Positions 25,789 through 36,072 of a stretch of DNA of 64,000 nucleotides are shown piece by piece (the stretch's first letter is position 1; each line of letters begins with the position of its first letter). Made by a program: the position numbers and the translations under genes. The stretch is from NCBI GenBank assembly GCA_010405405.1, contig MU004230.1, positions 3,134,627 through 3,198,626 on the forward strand. The letters run 5' to 3'. Source of the DNA: Microthyrium microscopicum. Lineage: Eukaryota. Under the pieces are notes generated by a model. It did not search any database. It saw only the letters and a list, made by a program, of their open reading frames with translations, and was not told the origin of the DNA.

Positions 25789-26539
25789 GCTGAACGCAAT
25801 GCCAAAGGCAAAGTAGCTAGCTCACTAAGTCTGAGCTCGGTCCAGACTAGCGGGTGGCATTCAAGTCGCTCAATTTGGCGTATGCGAATTCGAAATGATG
25901 TGTCGTGGATATGATGGTGTTGGGCAAGTCGCACCATGGGCCTTATGAATATAAGGTATGAGCCTCAGTGTTATCGCGATGACGGTAATGAGATGAGCAC
26001 ATCAAGTACAATCTTGTATTTTTTAACACGGACATAATTTTGTTTGATTGCGCGATATTGGTGTCGCGTTCGATAGCCTTTCATAGCTAGAATCAAGTAT
26101 AATTAAACCCATAACACGACCTCTAGCATGAAATAGTAGGATGAAAGAGTAGCACGGAATGTGTTCAAAGCCCCAGGTGCGACTGCGCAGTTTGTTAATT
26201 TGTTGAGGCAGGTCTGATGGAGCCCGCGTCGCAAAACACCCCATGACGATTGCAACACTCGCAAATAAGCAAACTCAGATCACTTGCTGGGAAGCTCATC
26301 GGCAGCCATTCTCTATAAAGCCTCTGTTATCCCTCGCGATTTATTCATTCTACAATTCTAAGTTTCAGGGGCCTTGAACAAGTCTTTGCAGGAGTCTGAC
26401 ATCAAATCAGTCAACTTAGATCTTTGGCATCCAAATCTCGCGGCGAACACAGGCAACGTAAGGTGTTCAAAACCTCCGTTTCTGAAATAGTGTTATCTCG
26501 TCTTTTCAAAATTCACCACAGTTCAGCCCAAACTCCAAC

Positions 26540-27481
26540 ATGGCTCCTCGTCCTCCTCCTGTTCCTCGAATCGTCGAAACCCGGGATAAGCCCGAGGAGC
26601 AGGATCAGTCCGGCCTCATTGGAGAAAAGATTACCCTGTTCTGGAGCAATAAGAAAGTCGATGCGTTAGTATGGCGCAAGTATTTGCTTGACACAGATGA
26701 CAACGCTGGTAAATGGGACTTGGGCCCAATCAGTGCTCCTATTTTACACGACGTTCCACCTCCCGAGGAGGACATATCTCAGAAATACCCAGAGAGAATC
26801 TTCAGTAGTTTCGCTCCAGCAGCGCCGTTGGAGATCGACAAAGAAGCTGGAACCCAGACTCTACCACCAGGCCTCCACCCGGAAGCCATGTGGCACATTG
26901 CCAACTGGCTTCTTGCGGTTTGTAAATCCGACGTCACTGAAGGGAAGGATCTTCCTAAGCTCTACGTCCGCGGGGACTATTTTCTCTCGTATTGGGACTT
27001 CTATCGCGCCTTTCATGCTCTGGAGTTGCAACGTTACATGAACATGTTCAAGGACAAGCTCATACGCTACGTCAACTTCAACGCTCTCTCAGGTTGGGAG
27101 CTAGGTGAGATCCTCAGAGACTTCAAAGATGCGCGTGATGATGAAGTGGTGAAAGCTATCGTAGAGGCTACAACCAAGGTTCTGGACGACCCAGAAACAC
27201 CGGAAAAGTGGGCCTGGCCTGTTGTCGATCGTCTTAAGAAAGTCAGCAAATATTTGATGTCAGAAGCCGTCGAAAGATACGAAGCCTCACACGAAAGACC
27301 ACCAGAGGAGGTAAAGAATAGACCTCAGGAGAGCTGGCATGGCAGCACGCAAGTCGACCCACAAGAGGCACAAGATATCCCGCAGGAGGAGGAGAGGGCG
27401 TACTGGACGCCAGACAAGATCCAGGACTGGGGTGCCAACACAGATGACAATACACAAGACGACCCTTCCCCGGCGTGGTAG
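26540..27481 (+). CDS. Hypothetical 313-aa protein, possibly divergent BTB/POZ-like fold
   Basis: Long intronless ORF with upstream TATAAA (about 26314). Segments ITLFW..ALVWRKYLL, TLPPGLHPEAMWHIANWL and YWDFYRAFHALEL resemble fungal BTB-like proteins. The domain call is by recall only. Confidence 0.6.
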   Translation: MAPRPPPVPRIVETRDKPEEQDQSGLIGEKITLFWSNKKVDALVWRKYLLDTDDNAGKWDLGPISAPILHDVPPPEEDISQKYPERIFSSFAPAAPLEIDKEAGTQTLPPGLHPEAMWHIANWLLAVCKSDVTEGKDLPKLYVRGDYFLSYWDFYRAFHALELQRYMNMFKDKLIRYVNFNALSGWELGEILRDFKDARDDEVVKAIVEATTKVLDDPETPEKWAWPVVDRLKKVSKYLMSEAVERYEASHERPPEEVKNRPQESWHGSTQVDPQEAQDIPQEEERAYWTPDKIQDWGANTDDNTQDDPSPAW

Positions 27482-28252
27482 CAGCCACCGGGCCAGAGTC
27501 TTGGACTTTCATAATGATGCGGAGTGTTTGCATATGTGGGTTGAATATGGCTCAACCTGGGAGAAACGGAGAGGACTTCAAGGACATGCAGGTGGTAAGA
27601 ACCTAGAAGATGGACTTTTGGGCCTTGGAATTGTTCAAGAGGTAGTTCTGTAGTCTCTCTTGTCTCTTGACCAAGATGAATCTTTAATCAGGAGTCTTAG
27701 TACCTTCTTTTCATTTCTCCTACATGTAATGATCAAGGCGTTCTCAACAGAGAGTTAGTCGTGACCCAAGACAGCAATGGTCACTTTGATATTCTCTCTC
27801 ACCACTTTTTTTTTGGCGAGGGAAACATCTTATAAGATGGAGAAACGCTTACTTGCACACGATTCCTACTTGATCTTCAGATTTGGTTTGATTACGTCGG
27901 CATTAGAGTAGATGGTAACATCATGTCTCTTTCGTGGGAAACTTCTACAACATGGGTCAGGACCTAGTCAATGGAGAGGGCTCCCAATATTCCAGGTGAC
28001 TCAAGCTACACGGTAAATATTGACTATTGTGTGGTCGGCTCCTTCCCAGCACTCGAGATTTATTTAAGGTGACTGGTGATACCCACCTTAGGATAGCCTC
28101 AGGATAGCTCTGCTTTTTATCCTCGTAGCCTTGAGTGAATTTTGTAAACAATGTCTACGTAATAAATAATTTCCCTCCCATTGAACACAACACTCGAAAT
28201 ACACACGGACTCTCTGCACGAAATTCAAAATTCTTCAAACCGACGCACTTAC

Positions 28253-28993
28253 ATGATGTCAAATCCAGCGAGCGCAATCAATACGACCGCCACCACGCCA
28301 TCCGCAACAACAAGTACAACAAAAAGATGTTCGCGCTGTCGCAAAACATACCTCCCCCTCAGCGCATATGACACCAATCCAAAAACCGGTCAGCTCTTCG
28401 CTTGCTGTCGCGTGTGCTACAACCCACCGAATGGACCCGCCGTGCCGCCTCAGGCTCAGACAGGAATATTGAGACCAGTCACACTCACGCGCCACAATAC
28501 CATGACTACTAGTACTCATAACCTTCGCTGCGCTCGCTGTAGACGCAAAGATTTACCAATAGAAGCATATGGGAGCAATCCAAAGAAAGGCAACCAGCCG
28601 TATGCTAGTTGTGTTCGCTGTCGAACCTACCAGGCCAATCAGTATAATAGATCACCTGCGGCAGTCCAAGCCGCTCGATCAGGCCAGACAAATCGGCCGA
28701 TTTCCAATACTCCTGCTCCAGCTCTTACACAAAACCAGCCACCTGCCAGCAAAACTAATCGTCCTTCGGCGTCAGTCTTCCCTCCTAGGTCGCCAGTCAG
28801 AGATCATCTATCTCCCAGCCGCTCTTTTTCCAACCGAGCCTTCGATAAGTCTTCCTCACAAGACACTGAAAGTAATGGGACTGAGCCTTCAAAGGAATTT
28901 GGTCTCGCCTTTCCGTCCATGAGTGACCTTTCCGAATGCTTTGAAGAGCCGGTCAGTGATCAATTTCTAGCCAGCTTGGCACACGGCACGTAA
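28253..28993 (+). CDS. Orphan protein with two tandem zinc fingers (family member 5)
   Basis: CSRCRKTYLPLSAYDTNPKTGQLFACCRVC and CARCRRKDLPIEAYGSNPKKGNQPYASCVRC, a Pro/Ser-rich linker and tail, and an acidic-hydrophobic C-terminus. Confidence 0.8.
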   Translation: MMSNPASAINTTATTPSATTSTTKRCSRCRKTYLPLSAYDTNPKTGQLFACCRVCYNPPNGPAVPPQAQTGILRPVTLTRHNTMTTSTHNLRCARCRRKDLPIEAYGSNPKKGNQPYASCVRCRTYQANQYNRSPAAVQAARSGQTNRPISNTPAPALTQNQPPASKTNRPSASVFPPRSPVRDHLSPSRSFSNRAFDKSSSQDTESNGTEPSKEFGLAFPSMSDLSECFEEPVSDQFLASLAHGT

Positions 28994-29592
28994 GCAGAAT
29001 GAATGGCAAGCTCAGATCAAGTGCGATGTCAAAGATTGCGACTGATGAGCGCTCGACAGTCAGAGTTTACATCGGTTGACGCAGCAAATTGCAAGAGCAA
29101 ACAGTACAAAGGTCAGTTGTTAGGTCTCGTAGTGTGATAGAGTTCGACGGTTATGGCTCCTCTTTCATTCCAAGCTCGTTTCCGTTGGAGACCCCACGTA
29201 CTTAGTCTTCTACCTGAGAAGCAAATAAATAATGAGAATATCTCCTACATCCAGGTCATATGCACGATCAATTAGCACCTTCAATACCGAAGCACGTTGG
29301 TCTCTACGTAGTATCAAGTCTGGTATGTGGTGAACTTGTCAGAAAATTAGTATTTGCTATGTCCTCATGAAGATGTTTTGCTCCTTTTCTAATTTAAGGT
29401 CTGTGGCAATCGATGATGATATTCGCAATAGATCCTCCGTATCTGAGAAGAAAACTCCGTGTCATAACCGACAGATAAGGTCCAACTTCTGCGTCTCTAA
29501 AGCTTGTCAGTATACCACTCTGCAATATTAGCATATCGCATCACAGTTGCAGAAATCTTTCAGCTGCGAGATATACTTACTCCGCACCAATC

Positions 29593-30156
29593 ATGCAAGC
29601 TTACTCAAAGAGATGTTCACCTGTATATTTACTGCGACCGGCAGATGACTTGTACCCAACAGAGAATGGCGAAAGGTTGTTCCTTCATTGCAAGAGGTGC
29701 CAGTGAAGTAGCTCTGTCAATGCCAACGGCATACCTCACGCCCTTTCTCGCTACATTAGAGTAAGTTTAGTAGGCACGACCATTCTTCAGCACCAAGAGT
29801 AGATTGCTTCACTTCGGGAGGTACCAGCTAGAGCTCTATATCACCAAAACCATCCCAATAATGGAGTAACACCTCCACCTGCCCCCAGATCTGGACCTGT
29901 ATCATCATCGGCACCGTCGATTAACACGGCAGCACCAGCAGCACCGGCAGTCGTGAGAGTGCCGCCAGCAACAGCAACACCCAGAGCTGCGAGAGCACAA
30001 ATAGCTTTTGTGGTTACTACAATCAACCCAGCAACCACTCAAAGCGCTGACTCGCCCACTTCCGTAGCAACAGGTTATGATCCGATGAGCGGTGCTCTCG
30101 GCGATGCTACTACATCTCTTGCTGTGGATGTTGATGGACCGGAGGAGAGAGGTTAG
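29593..30156 (+). pseudogene. Degenerate zinc-finger family member 6 (premature stop)
   Basis: MQAYSKRCSPVYLLRPADDLYPTENGERLFLHCKRCQ* has lost the second Cys and stops at TGA 29704-29706. The frame continues to a GTAAGT donor at 29761. A phase-0 acceptor at 29802 joins an Ala/Pro/Thr-rich frame ending at 30156. Confidence 0.55.
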
Positions 30157-30568
30157 AGAATTTCATGTAGACACGCTAAGTAGAACTAGTTGTTGGAGGC
30201 AATGAACTCGCCCCAAAGCTTTGGTGACGGCAAAACTGGACTTCTTATACTGGGGTGATATCAAGCAATGTTTTCCATCCGATACTGTAAGCTATCAGTG
30301 AGACCACTAATAAAAATTGACGTGGAATCATTCTAGGCTATTACAACTAAGAGCAGACTTTCCCGATATATTCCAGAACAGAATTGAATTCAGACATGAT
30401 ATTGAATGCTGAGAGTCAGAGAGTCAATCAGCCGATTGTATCATTGCTATAGTACCTAAGGGTATACAACGCGGACTTGACCAGTGATCTACGAAAGCAT
30501 ATCGTCCGCACAGTCTTGCTCATACTCAATCCGCAAATGCTCATCTTTCCAAGGTAAGCACAAGACAC

Positions 30569-31626
30569 TCACAAAAGTCCAGATTGCAGGTTTTCAGCCG
30601 GTAGAGGCTTGTCCCAAACAGTAAAATTCCCCGTCACCGATCCTCGGATCCATCCCAGGCTTGAATCCAAATAGATTGTGTAATTGAATCTTTCGGGTGC
30701 ATCGATCGATTTCCCAGGCTCAACAGGAGTGTCTTTGCCGATGATGGGAAGCGCATGAACTATGGCATCATATTCCACTAGGAACTGCTTGTTAGATGAC
30801 GTCCGAGAACGACATAGCTTATTGGAAACACTTACTACCATCTCGACGAGTGAGAACTTTCCAGCGAGCTTCAGGGAGAGCCTTCTTATCAGCCAACTGA
30901 TACGTCACGCTGAACTGGAAAATGTACATGTCAAACACGGTTTCATGGTCTGGTGTCTCAAAGTCGTGTTCACTGCTTGGGTTCTCGAAGGGTATTTTGA
31001 AGAGACGAGTAGCTGTAGCAGTCTCTGGAAGCTTTTGGAGCAGGATGCGAAACTTATTTTTGCGGGAGTCTAGAGGAATTGTATCTGCAGTGCCACATTA
31101 GCTTTGGAGCGTTGCTCAATACAATGCAGGATATACCAGAGGTTTCGTCGGCGCAGTGCCACGTCTCAACTGCATGCGTCAGGTCTGTCAAGCTACTCTT
31201 GAAGACGGGTTTGGTCTGCGAAAGCCAATTGGAAGAGTCATTATCCGATTCGTTGTCCTGTTCGCGTAGTTGTGAGTTTTCAACATCAAGCTCTCCATTC
31301 AGCCCCTCATTACTAAGGCCTTTCTCGTCATCAGCTTCCCCATAGATCTCGCCATCATCTTCTGGGCTCTCCCTAGATGCGGCAGATGCTTTTTTTCTCT
31401 CCATTTCTTTCAGGGCTTCTTCCTCAGCGCGAAAGACTCGCTGCAAGCGGTAGTTGTCGGAATCTCCTTCCTTTAGCGCTGTCTTTATGTACGCGGGAGC
31501 GTCGCACTTTTTGCAGGCGGCAAACCAGTCACTACCGTCGGCGAGTGGCCAGAACCAGCGTTCTATTTGTGGTAATTTCTTACCTTTGCCTGGGTTACGC
31601 TTACATCCTTTCGAGCAAATCGGCAT
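30569..31626 (-). CDS. Zinc-finger family member 7 with additional C-terminal globular region
   Basis: ATG 31626: MPICSKGCKRNPGKGKKLPQIERWFWPLADGSDWFAACKKC, then an acidic linker. Introns 31136-31085 and 30835-30778 give an open frame (DTIPLDSRKNKFRILLQK...MYIFQFSVTYQL...YDAIVHALPII...FNYTIYLDSSLGWIRG). The 3' end may extend further. Confidence 0.65.
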
Positions 31627-32379
31627 TTTGACGAAGTACTTCCGAGCGTTTGTATTTAAGTGACAGCCCAAGGGAACAGGAGATGACAGAGAATAACGAG
31701 GAAGTCGACCTATGGATAAATAACGATAACTGGTAGACGTTGTGTGAAATGATTCGTGTTTGGACTGCGAGGCGACAGGTAGCAAAGCTGCGTGACACTA
31801 CGAAGACAAAATCTGGAGTGTTCAAACGATTTCTACAAACATCATTGTGAGATGATGCTCACGAGTGTCGCGAACTTCATGGTGTAGTCTGAGAAATACC
31901 CAAGATCGATCTCGTGGTCAGCACCCCAAACACGAATGCTCAATGTTGGTAAAGAAGTTGTATATCAAAAGCAAATAATAGGAGCCGTCATAGATTGTTT
32001 TTGGATCTGTCATGTCACAAGTACAATATAAACAAAAATATCAAGAAGTTTCTCAAGAAGTTTTACATGGGAGAGAAAATACTGCAATTCAGGTCATAAT
32101 TGATATTTTCGCGTCCTAGTCTGCAAACATGTTAACTGTACAGAAGGAAAGCTTTTCCAATGTTAGCACACGATTGACATTTATGCCTGGAAGAACCTCT
32201 ATAGGTTCGGAAGGGATGGTATTAGTAAAAAAAGGAAAAAGGGAGGTTGGTGAGTTTTCCACCTGGAAATGAATTTGCCCTACGTCATACTTTAATTATT
32301 CTTTCGTCTCTCTGATTGGTTCCTGAAGTAAGACCTTTGATTGGTTTATTTGGGGACAGGTTTCCGTTATTCTAATTGG

Positions 32380-32504
32380 CTCTATCGTCCTCTATTGGCC
32401 TCTATCGGCCTCTATCGTCCTCTATCGTCCTCCATCGTCCTCTATTGGCCTCTACATAATCGTCCTCTATCGGCCTCTATCGTCCTCTATCGGCCTCTAT
32501 TATC
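32380..32504. repeat. 10-bp minisatellite (CTCTATCGTC / CTCTATCGGC / CTCTATTGGC)
   Basis: About 12 imperfect tandem copies seen directly. Confidence 0.9.
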
Positions 32505-33278
32505 CTTAATCTCTCCGCCAATGAGCTATTATATGAGCTTCTAATGTTTAGGTAGATAATCGCCCTTTCGCCACGGTTCTTCCAGGCCTTCACGGAGCAG
32601 AGATTTATCGTGCTCCTATCTATTTCTATTCCTACTCGAATTCCTTTCTTAAATTGCTTGATTGCTCAAGTCAGGTGTTTTGAACCCAACAATCAGTGCT
32701 GGTGAGAAGTTGGATTTAGCTCACAAGGTGCTTTGAATCTGAGCTCTGATTGGCTGATCAGCTCTATTGTGCGTACTAGCGTAGCCTTGTGGGTCAGTTC
32801 GATCAGTTTTGTCAGCAACAAAATAGCGCATTCCGGTTTGTAATTGATTTTGAACTTGAAGCTAATGGAAGGTAGGAAGCGACATGAATTGCCAGGTTCT
32901 GGATTCAAACGCGGGTTGTCCCCATTGTCGAGGTTGATAATCTGGCTACAAATATATGCTTAAGGTGGATCCTGTTTTATACTTGAAGGATATCAACCTC
33001 CGACCTATCGCTGGTGGTGACTGACTGGTGCTTTTGCTTTGAAGACCGCAAGAGCCTTGTGGAGCCGGCCACCTCCTCGATGGCGCGGCCATATCTATAA
33101 CCTCAATCCATTCACCAGATGCCACCTCCATGATAACGGGTGAAAGAGCAATGGAAGTCGCGATCTTCACCTTAGTCTCTGCCCTCTAGTGCGACGCGTA
33201 TATAAAAATATTCGAGAACCCAAACACCTCTTCCCCATCAACACCGCCATTTCTCTAGGACTTGAAACACTGCCCAAT

Positions 33279-34157
33279 ATGACCAACACCGTGCCGCCTC
33301 CGAAACCGTGGCCTTCAGGCCTACTATGGTGCAGCAAGTGTCGAGGGTTTCATCCAGCGGCTGAGTTTGGCATGAAGAAAGATAGTAGCAGTCCATATAA
33401 GACCTGTAACCACGCCCGCAGACTTTCGCAAGTATGTTACACCCAACTGGAAGTAGTGTCTTGCTAATAAACCGAACAGAGCACTCCTGTTGTTTCTACT
33501 GCAGCTACTTCGTCAATTCAGACCACATCGTTAATTCAAACTACCTCGTCGATCCATCCTACCTCAATATTCCATCCTGCCTCAGGCGATCCACCAGTTG
33601 GTGCGACTTCTGCTGATCTTATAACTGCGACCGCTCCAGTTAGCAGTACTGTTACTGTTCTCGTCCAAAACGCAATGCCACCGCAGCCACATACGGGGAC
33701 TGTCGATCTTGATGCCGATGGGGACACAAATATGGGGGATACGTCGTTTGCTGCTCAAGGTAAGTTGATGGCAATCAATGACTAGGAAACCCAGGTCTAA
33801 CAATGCATAGAAGGATTTCCAGAAGCAGAAGCAGAGGTAGGCGACGCAAAAGAAGGCAACCCAGCAGAAGACGAGGTAGTGATGGATGATACAATACAAG
33901 AAAACGGATCAAGTTATGCAGCGGCCCCAGAGAAAGACAGCCGGATGGATGAAACAAAGGGAGACGAACAGGCTACAGAACAAGACACGACGATCGATCC
34001 GACTGCCTCGTATAACACAGTCCCACGCGACTTCAGTGCTCTCTTCGGCTCTGAAAATTATGCCTTTCCGTATCCAGGGGATGACGAGATAGACGAGCTT
34101 GACTGGCAGGCGAAGATTGACGCTTTTGACTGGGGTAAACCGTCATCCGAGTCGTGA
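33279..34157 (+). CDS. Zinc-finger family member 8 (CxxC..CxH variant) with acidic C-terminus
   Basis: TATATAAAA at about 33199 and ATG 33279. Finger WCSKCRGFHPAAEFGMKKDSSSPYKTCNH. Introns 33432-33479 (phase 0) and 33760-33810 (phase 1) give a continuous frame ending DELDWQAKIDAFDWGKPSSES. Confidence 0.8.
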
Positions 34158-34464
34158 ATCTTGACTTGGAGTCGTTACTTCGAGCATGCGGGAATTGAAC
34201 AAAGCCTTTGTCGAAGACGGGGAGAACAGCGTATAGATCATCTCCTTCATATCGTGTCATGTGCCCATGCTTCACCTCATTTGATTCACCAAGTCCGATC
34301 TCAAGGTCAATAAGCGAAGTCTGGAATGGAGGTGCTACATTGGTCACAGAGCTCTTCGACATCTCCATATGGAAAGCTCAAATGATTCTAATCTTATTCT
34401 CGGTCCAACACCACTCCCAACCTTGCATCCATTAAGTTTTCCAGTACTGATAGAATTTTCCAAA

Positions 34465-35348
34465 ATGATGCACGCATGCCCTCCTGGCCACAGCCATTGC
34501 AATAAGTGCCGATCGTGCGTGCCTAATCGCGGATTCAATATCAGGAAAGATGGCAGCGGCCCTTACAAGCACTGTAATCGCTGCCGAAAAGAGCCAGATA
34601 ATCCAGTGGTATGTCATGACGAAACAAACAGAGATGATCTCGTGCTAATTGGCACAGTCAAATGCCGCTACAAAGCAAATACTGTTTCTGTTGCAGCAGA
34701 GTCCCTGTCTATATATGAACCATCATCGAGTGTAGCTGCATTCCCAGAGCATATCGTCACTGTTCTTGTCGAGAACGTACTTCTCACACAGGACTCTACA
34801 ACCACTGCCCCTTCTGACACTGACGGAGATATCGCCATGGCGGAGGCAACCCTTCCCACTCAAAGTAAGTTCACCTCAGCCCGCGAGATAAATAGTACGA
34901 CTAACGCCGCATAGGCCAAGCACCAGTTTCAGCAACAGAACCCGAAGAAGACATGTTAATGGACGACGCAAACATGGAAGGAGCAACTACTCCGCAAAAC
35001 GAGCCGGCTGAGGAAGCGACTATCGAACATGACCCTCCGATAGAAGTAGCCATGGCTGAGGAAGACAAGTTGATGCACGTCGCAGCAGAAGAAGACGACA
35101 TGACTGCAGAGCAAGATGCACCAGCCAATGCGAGCCGGTCAAAGGACCAATCGCAAGAGACCGAAGAGGTCGTCAAACCCGAACATGATTATTCGACTGC
35201 CTTAAATGATCCCTCGGAGCCAATTGAGCCATTTCCGCGTATTCCCACTGTTGAAGAACTCGACGCTGAGTTTGATGATATCGTTGACAATTTCGACTGG
35301 AGCGCGCCTCCCTCATGGCCAAGCCCACCCAAACGCAAGAAAGAATGA
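34465..35348 (+). CDS. Zinc-finger family member 9, tandem paralog of member 8
   Basis: HCNKCRSCVPNRGFNIRKDGSGPYKHCNRC. It shares VTVLV(E/Q)N...D.DGD..M and a phase-1 intron (34865-34914) with member 8 and ends EELDAEFDDIVDNFDWSAPPSW. The first intron-like segment (34609-34657) keeps the frame only if retained. Confidence 0.7.
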
Positions 35349-36072
35349 GCGAGCGACCCAGTGAAGATAGTGGTAGATCTTACCGCAGTAAAGGCTAACC
35401 GCGAATTGGGAGTTTTGGCTAAGCAGGGGCCGAAGTGCGTATTCGGATAATGACTGGGATATGGTTTACGCATTATATCCATATAGCTTTTGTTTCTTTA
35501 CAATTGCATGTCTTCAAGATCCTGTAATCTCTGTCAGATCACCTGTGAAATCCAAAAAGCCCAGTGATAAGCGGAACTTCCATATAGCTTGATACCAGTC
35601 ATGTTCCTCAGATGCTCCGCTGTTGCTCATAGTTGAAGCAAATACATTGACAGCAGGTAATGGAAGCTTCAGTTGCTAAGGGATCACAATTCACAAGGCG
35701 TATCGAACCACCGAACGACCAAGTTGAACATTAAAATGCCCATCCAAATAGTATTAAGCACAGCCAAGATCATAAAAAGACAGCTTCATCTCAAGCTAGG
35801 TTCACCATACACCAGACATATTCAGGAATGAACGTCCATTCTCATAGACCTGCTATCCCATCCCATCCCAACCACCTACACACTCCGGCATCCGTATCCA
35901 ACCATCCCAGCCATCGCAACCATCCCATCCCCCATTGACCAATCGTGCACGAACGATCCCATTCTCTCATGACTAATAACACCCATAAGTGATGTAAGGG
36001 GGGGCCTACTCCATCATCAAAAGGTGAATTCAATTGGGCAGCAGACTTGCAGGTCGAATGGGGTGGATGAAC

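Noticed and set aside
32380..32504. CRISPR-like array
   Set aside because: The repeats are contiguous 10-mers without spacers, in a eukaryotic context.
13500..35348. Calling the finger proteins GATA or Zn2Cys6 transcription factors
   Set aside because: They lack the GATA TPxWR..G..LCNAC signature and the six-Cys CxxCxxxKxxC pattern, and ligand spacing is variable.
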